This document shows, piece after piece, positions 39,170 to 48,844 of a DNA stretch of 64,000 nt. A program made the translations under genes and the position numbers. This stretch comes from an uncultured Lachnospiraceae bacterium. GTDB lineage: Bacteria > Bacillota > Clostridia > Lachnospirales > Lachnospiraceae. The stretch's first letter is position 1; the number at the start of each line of letters is the position of its first letter. The DNA is taken from contig CAUWLL010000007.1 of assembly GCA_963559605.1 (NCBI GenBank), positions 19,966 through 83,965 on the forward strand, read 5' to 3'. The notes under the pieces were generated by a model that was not told the origin of the DNA, ran no database searches, and saw only the letters and a program-made list of their open reading frames with translations.

Positions 39170-41321
39170 GTTCATCTCTCCATTTTTCAAACAGCTCTAA
39201 AGGAACTGGCTTGGAATAAACGTATCCCTGAATAAAATCACACCCATACCCCCACAATTCCTCTACCTGCCCAAAGTCCTCAATTCCTTCAGCCACGACA
39301 CATATGTCAAGACTGTGAGCGAGCCGGATGATGTTTTCCACAATTCGTTTGGATTTTGCCGTCTCGTCTATGAAAAAGCTTCTGTCTAATTTAATCGTAT
39401 CTACCTCAAAAGATTTCAAAATAGACAAAGACGAATACGCAAATCCAAAGTCATCCAGAGCCACATTCAGACCACAAGCCCGAAGTCTTTTTAATATTTG
39501 CTGAATGAAAGTAATCTGATTTCTGTCAAGTAACGCCGTTTCTGTCATTTCTATTTCCAGCGCTCCGTCCGGTATATGATATTTATCTTTCATCGCCTTA
39601 TACTTTTCTCCGATGGATTCGCCCACTTGCCTTAAAGTAACGCGGGAAAGGTTGACAGAAATTTCTATTATATCTTTCCCCTCCCGTATCCGTTCGGACA
39701 GTATACGGCACACCTCCTCAAAAACATAAAAATCCAGCTTACAGATTTTCCCGTTATTCTCGAACAACGGAATAAATCTATCCGGCGCGATCACACCCTT
39801 CTCGGGATGCACCCAACGCACCAGCGCTTCTGCCTTGACTTCTCCTCTTTTTGACATTTTCGGCTGAAAATAAATCTGGAAATCATGATTTTTCACAGAT
39901 TCCTCAAACAATTCGTTCAACTCATATTCTTCTGCTATTTTCTTCGAAATTTCCTTGTCGAAGAACACACACACATCTTTCTCATGCTTTTGCTTACTTA
40001 CATAGATTCCGTTGCTGATCGCCGTTACTATATCTTCCTCCAAAGACAACTGGCAGGCGCCGATAAAGAATCCAAGATTATATCCTTCATGCTTTTGATT
40101 GATGATCTGATTCATATCCTGAATATGCTCTGTGATTCTCTCGGAAATTCTCTCTTTTTTATTTTCCTGAAGAAGCAGGAGAAAATTATCCACGTTACTT
40201 CTGCACACCAGCTCCTTTTCATCCATGTTTTTGGATAAGATCCGGTAAACAAAGCGCAAAAGGTCATTACCCGTATTTTCTCCCCACAATTCATTGATCC
40301 TTCGAAACCCACAGATATTCAGGCACACAACCGTATAGGCATCTTTCCCATACTGCCGGACATACTCGTGCCCCAAACGCAGGAACCCCTCCCTGTTGTA
40401 TCCTCCGGTGATCAGATCCGTCAAAAAAAGCTCTTCTCTCTTCTTCGTCTCTTTTCTGCCCATGTAAAAAAACAAAGTCAGCAAAATCGCTTCTGCTATG
40501 GTCAACAGAAAGTAAATACTGATATTCCGGGAAAATATCTCTGTGATTACTTTATTTTTTTTCGTGAACACCTGCACCCAGTCTGTTCCTTCGATCGGAA
40601 CCGCAGAAATGATACGTCCATTTTCATATATGTTATCTTTATAATTTTCTTTTTTTAGTTTTTCCTGAAGAGCCTTTATCTCAGACTTTGACACCCCCTC
40701 AGATTCATCGTCTGCCATCATCAAAATCTGCCCCGTGGTTTTATCTACCAAAAGCTGTAACCCTTGTTTCCATTTTACTTCCTGCTGGTACGAGGCAAGA
40801 ACACTTTCATAACTCTCGATACCGAGCACCAGCTTTTCTGCCTTTTCCCCTTTGAACACCGGAGCAGAAAAGACAAAACTTTGATTATCCAAAACGAAAA
40901 CCGCGGGCTTCTCCCATATATCTTCCGGCAGATCTTCTGTTCGAACGTCCAGATCGTCCTCTGCCAATCCACCTTCCTTGTTCCACTCCTCTTCCGTAAC
41001 CATAAAGACTTTCTCGAAATCTCCTGCTTGAGCTTTCCGTCTGAAAAGGCTTTCCGTTGACAAATGCTCAGGCATACGACTTAATGCATCTGCCAAATCC
41101 TTGATAAACACGCTGTTAAATGTCAGATGATCCTCTATATTATTCGCCAGTTTATGATTACCGTCCAGAACATCTTCTCTCTCCGTCACATTCAATTTTT
41201 GATAAACGATCACTGTATTCCCTACAAATCCCGCCAAAAGAACACCTGCCAAAATACTTCCTGCGATCAAGCGTTTCTTTTGTTTCTTCAACCATTCTGC
41301 CAGCATTTGTACTTTCCTCAC
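39150..41321 (-). CDS. Membrane sensor c-di-GMP phosphodiesterase (degenerate GGDEF + EAL)
   Basis: EALVRW, DDFGFAYSS, IKLDRSF, AEGIE, QGY; the GGDEF site reads SNVDNF. Confidence 0.9.
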   Translation of the reverse strand: MRKVQMLAEWLKKQKKRLIAGSILAGVLLAGFVGNTVIVYQKLNVTEREDVLDGNHKLANNIEDHLTFNSVFIKDLADALSRMPEHLSTESLFRRKAQAGDFEKVFMVTEEEWNKEGGLAEDDLDVRTEDLPEDIWEKPAVFVLDNQSFVFSAPVFKGEKAEKLVLGIESYESVLASYQQEVKWKQGLQLLVDKTTGQILMMADDESEGVSKSEIKALQEKLKKENYKDNIYENGRIISAVPIEGTDWVQVFTKKNKVITEIFSRNISIYFLLTIAEAILLTLFFYMGRKETKKREELFLTDLITGGYNREGFLRLGHEYVRQYGKDAYTVVCLNICGFRRINELWGENTGNDLLRFVYRILSKNMDEKELVCRSNVDNFLLLLQENKKERISERITEHIQDMNQIINQKHEGYNLGFFIGACQLSLEEDIVTAISNGIYVSKQKHEKDVCVFFDKEISKKIAEEYELNELFEESVKNHDFQIYFQPKMSKRGEVKAEALVRWVHPEKGVIAPDRFIPLFENNGKICKLDFYVFEEVCRILSERIREGKDIIEISVNLSRVTLRQVGESIGEKYKAMKDKYHIPDGALEIEMTETALLDRNQITFIQQILKRLRACGLNVALDDFGFAYSSLSILKSFEVDTIKLDRSFFIDETAKSKRIVENIIRLAHSLDICVVAEGIEDFGQVEELWGYGCDFIQGYVYSKPVPLELFEKWRDEHGKQEY

Positions 41322-41339
41322 ATTCTACTTGAAACGACA

Positions 41340-41963
41340 CTACCAAACAGTTACCTTTCTCTTTCTCCGAACTACTTCTTCATGAAATACAAAATTCCGA
41401 ACGACAGATTCTGTTGTCGGCGGTAAATTCACAAACTGACAACCGTAGCTTTTCAGTTCTCCCTCTCCAGAAGGATACTGATGCTTGATGTCTCCTGTGA
41501 TAAATACCGGCGACTTTCCGAGTGTGAACAAAAAAGAGACGCCCATGCCTTCCGGCACGTCTTCCTCTGATACAAACCGAAAGCCTCCGGCGCTCATATC
41601 TTTCACCTGAGCTTCTATGGTTCGTCCATCCTCCAGTTCAATCTCCACAGGAAAAGTAACGTTGATCCTCACATCATCTCGAAACTCCGGCAGTCCCTTT
41701 ACCGTTCCCGTCACTCTGTAGCAATCCTTCTCCTGCTCGTCCGTAATCTCCTTACAGCCTGTCAGCGTACATGCAAAAGAAACATCGTCGTACTGTTCGC
41801 CTACCGTACGAAAAACAACTTCCAGCGGATAAGTTATATCCGGTTCTTCCTCAAAGAAAAAATAGGCTGTTGTGGCAGATACTCTTTTATAGCCCACTTC
41901 AGACAAGAGCGTTGTATCTGAATAATAAAGAGAGCCTCTGCGTACATCAAACAATGCATCCAT
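41340..41963 (-). CDS. PilZ-domain c-di-GMP receptor (flagellar brake-like)
   Basis: RDDVR (RxxxR) and DMSAGG (DxSxxG) motifs, plus an N-terminal beta domain. Confidence 0.88.
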   Translation of the reverse strand: MDALFDVRRGSLYYSDTTLLSEVGYKRVSATTAYFFFEEEPDITYPLEVVFRTVGEQYDDVSFACTLTGCKEITDEQEKDCYRVTGTVKGLPEFRDDVRINVTFPVEIELEDGRTIEAQVKDMSAGGFRFVSEEDVPEGMGVSFLFTLGKSPVFITGDIKHQYPSGEGELKSYGCQFVNLPPTTESVVRNFVFHEEVVRRKRKVTVW

Positions 41964-42027
41964 ATGAATACCTCCCCGATCATTAAAATTTTATGTACTC
42001 TTTCCTTTGTTTTATGTATATTTATCA

Positions 42028-42056
42028 GTATATCACACCCCATCTTTCAGCGTCCA
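42028..42056 (-). promoter_or_regulatory. SigA-type promoter of the PilZ-EAL-GGDEF cluster
   Basis: TGGACG-N17-TATACT with extended TG. Confidence 0.6.
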
Positions 42057-42094
42057 GAGCTTTTCAGAAATAGTACGGACCCGCAAAACAGACT

Positions 42095-42141
42095 GCAAAA
42101 ACGGACCGAGGCGAAGAATCATCCTCCCGGTCCGTTTTTGC
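42095..42141. terminator. Terminator hairpin after DUF3169
   Basis: GCAAAAACGGACCG/CGGTCCGTTTTTGC perfect 14-bp arms. Confidence 0.7.
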
Positions 42142-42154
42142 GTCCCACTTTATT

Positions 42155-42922
42155 TTATGACTTTCTTTTCACAGCATGATAAGTATAGATTACTGTAGAT
42201 ATAATGTTACACATTGTCAATAGTACAGCAGCCGTCAAACCATCCCCACCGAAAAATTCAAGTGTCAGGGCAATCACAGTTGCTGCTAAAAGAAGGGTTC
42301 TTGTTGCGGTATAGGCTTTATAACTCGCCTCATAGATTAGCTTTTGTTCTGCCTCGTCGCAGTTTGCCATCCACTCTTTTTGGAAGTTCCAGTCTGCCGC
42401 ATCTCCCTTTTTCAAGGGATCTTTCTTACGAATCTGTTTAACCGCAGCCACCTGATAGAAACCTACAACTACTCCGAGCCCCACAAACAACAATGCCGTC
42501 GCCAAAAAGCCGAATACATTAGACTTTGCTGCCTCTTCAATCCCTGAACCAAATCCAAGCAGCGGAAATGCAAGATAGAGAATAACCGTTGTTCCTGTAA
42601 TCCCAATATTTGCCCAAAAATCATAGCGTTTGTCGAGTCCATCCTGCTCGTCATCATCCTCTTCCTTTTGATACTGCCGGAGCAGCGCCTCGCCTTTCCG
42701 GTAACAGACTACGCTCAATACAAGAGCGAACATCAGCATGAGCGCCATAATAAAAAATGACTGCTCACCAATCCAAGCAGCCGCCGCAGCAAAGCCGGAT
42801 TTTACGCCTTCCTCCCAATATACAGATCCAAAACCAAAAGCTCCTCCGATGACACCTCCGATCGCCATCCAGCCGATAAATTTAAGATAAGAATTTATTT
42901 TTCTTTCTTTACTCTTTGTCAT
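42155..42922 (-). CDS. DUF3169-type membrane protein
   Basis: Multi-TM, GGVIGG N-terminus, DEAEQKLIYEASYKAY motif; start moved to 42922. Confidence 0.75.
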   Translation of the reverse strand: MTKSKERKINSYLKFIGWMAIGGVIGGAFGFGSVYWEEGVKSGFAAAAAWIGEQSFFIMALMLMFALVLSVVCYRKGEALLRQYQKEEDDDEQDGLDKRYDFWANIGITGTTVILYLAFPLLGFGSGIEEAAKSNVFGFLATALLFVGLGVVVGFYQVAAVKQIRKKDPLKKGDAADWNFQKEWMANCDEAEQKLIYEASYKAYTATRTLLLAATVIALTLEFFGGDGLTAAVLLTMCNIISTVIYTYHAVKRKS

Positions 42923-43130
42923 CCTGCTCATCCTCCTTATAAACAAATATATCTTCTACCGATACCTCGAATATCTTCGCAAGCTTTAACGCCAGCGTCA
43001 CCGATGGGGAGTAGTCTCCTCTCTCGATCAGACTGATGGTCTGTCTGGACACACTTGCAAGCTTCCCAAGCTCCGACTGGTTAATTCCAAGTCTTGCTCT
43101 ATGCTCTTTTAATCTGTTTTCCAGCGCCAT
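42909..43130 (-). CDS. XRE-family HTH regulator
   Basis: NRLKEHR...QSELG...VSRQTISLIERGDYSPS; start moved to 43130 (RBS GGAGG). Confidence 0.92.
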   Translation of the reverse strand: MALENRLKEHRARLGINQSELGKLASVSRQTISLIERGDYSPSVTLALKLAKIFEVSVEDIFVYKEDEQDDKE

Positions 43131-43153
43131 AAGTACCTCCTTCACGATTTATT

Positions 43154-43267
43154 TGACAACTTTTCATTGCGAAATGACAACTTTTCTTGTCATCATTAAT
43201 ATAGCACATGACAACTTTACTTGTCAATTACTTTTGACAACTTTTTTTGTCATCGAACTTTTTGTCA
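43154..43267 (-). promoter_or_regulatory. Promoter with an array of TGACAA-N6-TTGTCA operators
   Basis: Full palindromes at 43175-43192, 43209-43226 and 43235-43252, half-sites at 43154 and about 43256-43267; TTGACA (43227-43222)-N18-TATATT (43203-43198) with extended TG. Confidence 0.82.
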
Positions 43268-43291
43268 GAAGCTAAGTGTGTGCTTTTATAC

Positions 43292-43326
43292 ATAAAAACT
43301 CCGGGCAAACTACCCGGAGTTTTTAT
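43292..43326. terminator. Bidirectional-type terminator closing the rnr-smpB operon
   Basis: ATAAAAACTCCGGG/CCCGGAGTTTTTAT perfect 14-bp arms. Confidence 0.85.
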
Positions 43327-43340
43327 TCTATAAACTTTCT

Positions 43341-43580
43341 CTAATCTTCCTGAATCCCCAATATCTCTGCCAGCACTTCAATCATGATCTCATTGGTACA
43401 AGACTTTACATACCCCATCATATGTAGCGATATTTCATCCTGCTTCTGCGCCTCTGTTAATTCCGTGTTATGTTTCGTCTCGTCGATCAGCTTAATGAGG
43501 TGTGGAGTTAGTTCCTCATAAATTTCTATTGTCGTTTCTGTTACTAATTTTCTTAAATCTTCTTTCTTTACCGGTACCAT
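43341..43580 (-). CDS. Small acidic hypothetical protein
   Basis: 79 aa, RBS AGGAGG, 8 nt after the smpB stop, upstream of the terminator. Confidence 0.8.
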   Translation of the reverse strand: MVPVKKEDLRKLVTETTIEIYEELTPHLIKLIDETKHNTELTEAQKQDEISLHMMGYVKSCTNEIMIEVLAEILGIQED

Positions 43581-43588
43581 AATTCCTC

Positions 43589-44056
43589 CTAACCGAAGTT
43601 TCTCACTTTGAAATCTCGTTCCGCTTCACGTTTCTGGTCTTTCTTGGCAATATCCTGACGTTTATCATACAGCTTCTTACCTTTTGCCAGCCCAATTTCA
43701 ACTTTCACAAGGCTTCCTTTAAAATAAACTTTCAGTGGCACAATTGCCATACCTTTTTCTTTTGTCTTTCCAAGCATCTTATGAATCTCGCTTTTATGCA
43801 GCAAAAGTTTTCGCACACGCAAAGGATCTTTATTGAAGATATTTCCCTTTTCATAGGGGCTGATATGCATACCATAGATAAACATCTCCCCGTTTTCCAC
43901 ACGGATAAACGCTTCCTTGATGCTACATTTTCCCATGCGGAGCGACTTCACCTCCGTACCGTGAAGGGCAATGCCCGCCTCATAATTTTCCAGAATAAAA
44001 TAATCATGATATGCCTTTTTATTATTGGCGATCATCTTTCCATTCGTCTTTGCCAT
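43589..44056 (-). CDS. smpB: SsrA-binding protein
   Basis: [33 protein letters not shown]; TGATG coupling to rnr. Confidence 0.97.
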   Translation of the reverse strand: MAKTNGKMIANNKKAYHDYFILENYEAGIALHGTEVKSLRMGKCSIKEAFIRVENGEMFIYGMHISPYEKGNIFNKDPLRVRKLLLHKSEIHKMLGKTKEKGMAIVPLKVYFKGSLVKVEIGLAKGKKLYDKRQDIAKKDQKREAERDFKVRNFG

Positions 44057-46197
44057 CACATTTCCTCCCATTTTTCTTCAATCTTAAAATCTATCGTTCT
44101 GGTCATACGATCTGCGCCTGCCACACAAACTGTTATTTTCTGTCCTAACTTGTACGTCTTTCCGGTATGTTCTCCCACCATCTCATGGCGTTCTTCCACA
44201 TAATTATAATGGTCGTCGGTCATATTTACCACATGAACCAGACCTTCAATCGTATTTTCCAATTCTACATACATTCCCCAACGGGTAATGCTGGAAATCA
44301 CCCCTTCAAAGCATGCGCCGATCCTTTCCTGCATATATTCTGCTTTTTTGAGCTTCACAGTCTCTCGTTCTGCTTCCTCTGCGCGTCGCTCCGTCTCGCA
44401 GGCATGCTTTGCCACTTCCAGCAGAATTTTACGATAATGCTCCTGCCTCGCGTCATTCATCCGTCCCCGCAGATTGTCTTTAATGATCCGATGGATCTGA
44501 AGATCCGGGTAACGACGAATGGGAGAGGTAAAATGGGTGTAATAATTTGCCGCCAGTCCGAAATGCCCGGTATTCTCTGGCGTGTATTTTGCCTGCCTCA
44601 TAGAACGCAGCGCAAGACGGCTGATCAATGCCTCCTCCGGCGTTCCCTCTACTTTTCCCAAAAGCTTCTGAACTTCTTTCGGACGGATCTCATTTGCCCC
44701 AATGTGCATGGAGTATCCGAAATTATTGATAAATGTGGCAAGTGCATGGATCTTTTCCTCATCCGGAGTTTCATGGGTACGGTATACAAAAGGAAGCTCC
44801 TGCCAGAAATAGTCCTCTGCCACAGTCTCATTGGCAAGAAGCATAAAATCCTCGATGATCTTTGTCGCCACATTTCTGTCATAAGGCTTTATTTCCATAG
44901 GTTTCCCTTTTTCGTCCAGAACCATCTTCGTCTCCGGAAAATCAAAATCAATAGAACCTCTCTTTTTCCTTCGCTCCCTCAGTATACCGGACAATTCCTG
45001 CATCCGTTCAAACATCGGCACAAGTGTTTCGTATTTTTTACATGCTTCCTCATCGTGATCTTCCAAAATTTTCTTTACACTTGTATAACTCATTCTCTCC
45101 GACACACAGATCACTGTCTCTGCGATTTCATGATCAACGACAACCCCTTTCGGATCCACTGTCATAATACAGCTTAATGCAAGACGGTCTTCCCCTGCAT
45201 TCAAAGAACAGATTCCGTTAGACAGCGTATGCGGAAGCATAGGGATCACACGATCTGCCAGATATACGCTGGTCCCCCTGCTAAGAGCCTCCCGGTCAAG
45301 CGCGCTGTTCTCCTGCACATAGTTCGTCACGTCGGCAATATGCACCCCCAGAACATAATTTTCTCCGTCACGCACAAGAGACACTGCATCGTCCAGATCC
45401 TTGGCATCCTCTCCGTCTATGGTCACCATCTCCCAGTCCCGGAGATCCTTTCTTCCTGCCATGTCTGCGCTGCTTACAGGCTTCGCCACACGCTCTGCCT
45501 GTTTCCATATTTTCTCCGAAAATTCCACCGGAATCTCGTACGCTTTTACAATAGACATAATATCTGTCCCCGGGTCATTCACATGCCCGATAATTTCCTC
45601 AATAACACCTTCCGGCTTATGTCTGTCATCCCCGTAGGAGGTCAGCTTCACAACCACTTTATGACCATCTACCGCCCCTTTTGATTTTTCAACAGGGATA
45701 AATATATCTTTTAAAATTTTCTGATCATCCGGGATCACAAAGCCGTAATTTTTTCCGGGCTTTCTCTCATATAATCCTACGACCGTTTTCATGCCACGCT
45801 CCGTTACACGAGTAATCTTCCCCTCCCGGCTTCTTTCCCCGGACTCTTTCGTAATTACAAATTCAACGGCATCTCCGTCAAATGCGCCGTTTGTATTCTC
45901 TTCTGCAATAAATACATCGGAGCTTCCGTCCTCCAAAATGACAAATCCGAATCCTCGGGCATTGGCGCGGTAAACCCCTGTCAGCCGTTTCGCCTCACCT
46001 TTACAGTATTTTCCCCGCTTGGACAGATAGATCTTCCCCTCCGTCTCCAAGGCTTCTAATGTCTGTCGAAGCTCCTGCCTTCTTTCTTTCGGAACTTGCA
46101 AAAGCATTGCAAGTTCTTTAAACTTCATAGGCGTATATAAACTGTCGCACATCAGGTCATATACGACCTTTTTTCGTTTTTCAAATGTCTTGTCCAC
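44056..46197 (-). CDS. rnr: Ribonuclease R
   Basis: [31 protein letters not shown]-terminal S1 domain. Confidence 0.96.
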   Translation of the reverse strand: MDKTFEKRKKVVYDLMCDSLYTPMKFKELAMLLQVPKERRQELRQTLEALETEGKIYLSKRGKYCKGEAKRLTGVYRANARGFGFVILEDGSSDVFIAEENTNGAFDGDAVEFVITKESGERSREGKITRVTERGMKTVVGLYERKPGKNYGFVIPDDQKILKDIFIPVEKSKGAVDGHKVVVKLTSYGDDRHKPEGVIEEIIGHVNDPGTDIMSIVKAYEIPVEFSEKIWKQAERVAKPVSSADMAGRKDLRDWEMVTIDGEDAKDLDDAVSLVRDGENYVLGVHIADVTNYVQENSALDREALSRGTSVYLADRVIPMLPHTLSNGICSLNAGEDRLALSCIMTVDPKGVVVDHEIAETVICVSERMSYTSVKKILEDHDEEACKKYETLVPMFERMQELSGILRERRKKRGSIDFDFPETKMVLDEKGKPMEIKPYDRNVATKIIEDFMLLANETVAEDYFWQELPFVYRTHETPDEEKIHALATFINNFGYSMHIGANEIRPKEVQKLLGKVEGTPEEALISRLALRSMRQAKYTPENTGHFGLAANYYTHFTSPIRRYPDLQIHRIIKDNLRGRMNDARQEHYRKILLEVAKHACETERRAEEAERETVKLKKAEYMQERIGACFEGVISSITRWGMYVELENTIEGLVHVVNMTDDHYNYVEERHEMVGEHTGKTYKLGQKITVCVAGADRMTRTIDFKIEEKWEEM

Positions 46198-46238
46198 TTT
46201 TACAAGCCCTCCTGTTTCATCATTTTCCGTACAATGCT

Positions 46239-46264
46239 AAAAGACACTCCCATACAGGAGTGTC
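46239..46264 (-). terminator. Terminator between secG and rnr
   Basis: GACACTCC/GGAGTGTC stem followed by TTTT on the minus strand. Confidence 0.7.
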
Positions 46265-46289
46265 CCACCGTTCTCTTAAAACTATTCTC

Positions 46290-46532
46290 TTAAGCAAATA
46301 CTTTTAAATTCAACACTGCTGCCAGTACAATAAACAGAACCGCCAGAAACTTTGTAGACTTTACAAGCGCGCCTTCCATAGAACGTCCTTTGTTCTGTCC
46401 CCAGTAAGAATCTGCCATACCGCCAATCGTTCCAAGCCCTGCCGACTTACCTTCCTGTAGTAATACGATAGCAGATAATGCGATACAATCTATTGCAAAT
46501 ATAATCATTAAAACTGTTTTTAAAATCTCCAC
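46290..46532 (-). CDS. secG: Preprotein translocase subunit SecG
   Basis: Two TM, LLQEGKSAGLG motif, eno-secG-rnr-smpB synteny. Confidence 0.93.
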   Translation of the reverse strand: MEILKTVLMIIFAIDCIALSAIVLLQEGKSAGLGTIGGMADSYWGQNKGRSMEGALVKSTKFLAVLFIVLAAVLNLKVFA

Positions 46533-46563
46533 TTTCTACACCTCCTGCGGATAAACCACTGTT

Positions 46564-46592
46564 ATTCTAACACAAGGCAGTCCATATGACAA
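46564..46592 (-). promoter_or_regulatory. SigA-type promoter of secG
   Basis: TTGTCA-N17-TAGAAT with extended TG. Confidence 0.7.
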
Positions 46593-46631
46593 GTGGAAAA
46601 TCACAGAATCCAAAATTCAGAGAACAAAATT

Positions 46632-47945
46632 TCATATATTCGTAGATGATACAAACGGATTTTCGTATTCCGCCACTTTTCCCAGTCGTTCCTCGATCCT
46701 CAGAAGTCGGTTGTATTTCTCCACTCTCTCGGAACGGCAAGGCGCTCCGGTTTTAATCTGTCCTGCATTAAAAGCCACCGCAATGTCCGCAATCACGGAA
46801 TCTGCCGTCTCGCCGGAACGGTGCGAGATAATCGTTTTATACCCTGCATTTTTTGCCATTTCTATAGCGTCAAAGGCTTCTGTCAGTGTTCCTATCTGAT
46901 TGACCTTCACCAAAACAGCATTTGCCACTTTTTTCTTGATCCCTTTTTGTAACCGTTTCGTATTTGTCACAAATAAATCGTCTCCCACAAGCTGAACCGA
47001 TAATCCAAGCCGTGTGGTAAGCAGTTCCCAGCCGTCCCAGTCTTCTTCGTCCAAAGGGTCTTCAATGGACACGATCGGAAATTCCTCCATTAATTCCTGA
47101 TAATAATCAATCAGTTCTTCTGCGGAACGGACAACGGCCTCTCCTTTCATCTTCCCTTCACCTTCGAACACATATTTTTTAAAGTTGCTATCGTATAACT
47201 CCGTCGCTGCTACATCCAGTGCAAGACAAATATCTCTTCCCGGCTGATAGCCCGCTTTCTCCACCGCATCTACGATCAATTGAAGGGCAGCTTTGGCATT
47301 CGGAAGATTCGGTGCGAAACCTCCTTCATCACCAACAGCAGTGCTGAAGCCCTCTTCTTTTAACAGGTTTTTCAGAACATGGTATATCTCCGCACACATA
47401 CGCAGCCCTTCTTTGAAGCTCTCTGCCCCCGTTGGCATGATCATAAATTCCTGAATATCAATGGTATTATCTGCATGTTTTCCACCGTTCATAATATTCA
47501 TCATAGGAACCGGCATTTTCTTTGCGTTCACCCCTCCGAGATATGCATATAAGGGCATGCCGAGAGCCTTTGCCGCCGCTCTTGCCGCCGCCATAGATAC
47601 GCCCAGAAGTGCATTTGCCCCCATGTTGGATTTATCCTTTGTACCGTCAATTTCCAATAAAATCTCATCTAAAGTCACCTGGTCAAATATATTTAATCCG
47701 ATGATGACCGGAGCAATTCTGGCATTTACATTATCTACCGCCAGTTCTACACCATTTCCATGGTATCTTTCTTCCTGGTCCCGAAGCTCCAACGCCTCGA
47801 ACCTGCCGGTAGAAGCGCCGGACGGCACACTTGCCTTGCCGCAATACTCGTCTCCTGCCAGTACTTCTACCTCTATCGTCGGATTCCCTCTGGAATCAAG
47901 AATTTCTCTTGCGTATACATCTGTAATCGGTAAATATTTATACAT
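46632..47945 (-). CDS. eno: Enolase
   Basis: [42 protein letters not shown]. Confidence 0.96.
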   Translation of the reverse strand: MYKYLPITDVYAREILDSRGNPTIEVEVLAGDEYCGKASVPSGASTGRFEALELRDQEERYHGNGVELAVDNVNARIAPVIIGLNIFDQVTLDEILLEIDGTKDKSNMGANALLGVSMAAARAAAKALGMPLYAYLGGVNAKKMPVPMMNIMNGGKHADNTIDIQEFMIMPTGAESFKEGLRMCAEIYHVLKNLLKEEGFSTAVGDEGGFAPNLPNAKAALQLIVDAVEKAGYQPGRDICLALDVAATELYDSNFKKYVFEGEGKMKGEAVVRSAEELIDYYQELMEEFPIVSIEDPLDEEDWDGWELLTTRLGLSVQLVGDDLFVTNTKRLQKGIKKKVANAVLVKVNQIGTLTEAFDAIEMAKNAGYKTIISHRSGETADSVIADIAVAFNAGQIKTGAPCRSERVEKYNRLLRIEERLGKVAEYENPFVSSTNI

Positions 47946-48148
47946 AAGTTCCCCTTTCGCGTTTACTTCCAGCCACTTCCTTTTTTTCTGACTTTATCCT
48001 ATAGTGTGTTCTATTTTTCCCATTCCGATACCAAAATAAATAATAATAAAATTTATTACTTGTTTTTCGTAATTATTTCACTCTTTTTACCAAATTGTGC
48101 TATAATCATATTATAAAATTAAGCGTCAGGACAGAAGGAGGAAGGATT

Positions 48149-48751
48149 ATGAGTGGACATATCATTACTATTAACCGTCTGTATGGAAGCAACGGACGAC
48201 GGATCGGAAAGGCGCTTGCTGAAAGACTTGGCATCCGTTTCTATGACAGCGAACTTTTAAAACTTGCCGGTGAACGCAAGGGAATCCCTTACGAAGAGCT
48301 TGTAAAGGTGGATGAAAAAAGGGCAAACCTGTGGAGATACCCCGTAGAAGATGAATATCAGATGTCTCCTCAGTATCGTACCGAACCTCTCAATGATGTA
48401 TTATTCGAAGCAGAGAAGGAAATTATCCTGGAACTTGCCGAAAAAGAAGACTGTATCATCGTGGGGCGATGCGCCAATGCTATTTTGAAAGATTATCAAA
48501 GCTGCCGCAGCGTATTTGTATATGCGCCTGTAGAAACTCGTATTGCCACCATTATGCAAAGAGCTTCCACCGATGAGAAAAACGCGAAATCTCTTGTTCG
48601 CCGCATGGATAAACAGCGTAAATGCTATTATGAATACTATACGGATGAGAAATGGACGGATATGAATCAATACACACTCTGTGTGGACAGTAGCCGTATC
48701 CCGGAAAAAGAGCTGCTCACACTTCTTGAAAATTTATACAAAGGAATTTAA
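48149..48751 (+). CDS. Cytidylate kinase-like family protein
   Basis: IITINRLYGSNG P-loop-like, FYDSELL, IIVGRCA; start moved to 48149. Confidence 0.85.
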   Translation: MSGHIITINRLYGSNGRRIGKALAERLGIRFYDSELLKLAGERKGIPYEELVKVDEKRANLWRYPVEDEYQMSPQYRTEPLNDVLFEAEKEIILELAEKEDCIIVGRCANAILKDYQSCRSVFVYAPVETRIATIMQRASTDEKNAKSLVRRMDKQRKCYYEYYTDEKWTDMNQYTLCVDSSRIPEKELLTLLENLYKGI

Positions 48752-48765
48752 TATCTGTCTATAGA

Positions 48766-48810
48766 CGAAAAGAGAGATGTGCTTCTTTTTGAAGTACGTC
48801 TCTCTTTTCG
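48766..48810. terminator. Terminator between the convergent kinase-like gene and glmM
   Basis: 20-bp stem CGAAAAGAGAGA...TCTCTCTTTTCG with two G-U pairs. Confidence 0.8.
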
Positions 48811-48844
48811 CCAAAAAATATCCATCCTTCTATGAACTTCTGTA

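Noticed and set aside
42130-42155. c-di-GMP-I riboswitch upstream of the PilZ operon (minus strand has GTGGGACGCAAAA)
   Set aside because: The required upstream GGCAAACC...GAAA half of P2 is absent (the DUF3169 stop is there), and the match is part of a terminator arm
43154-43267. Mini CRISPR array
   Set aside because: Units are 18-bp palindromes with 8-16 nt gaps overlapping a promoter, and there are no cas genes; this fits operators
43261-43590. tmRNA (ssrA) or tRNA integration site next to smpB
   Set aside because: No GGGG...TCCACCA ends or T-arm motif; the space holds a small ORF and a terminator
46700-46770. Eukaryote-like [10 protein letters not shown] motif in enolase as a sign of gene transfer
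   Set aside because: Similar motifs occur in clostridial enolases, and GC and synteny (eno-secG-rnr-smpB) look native
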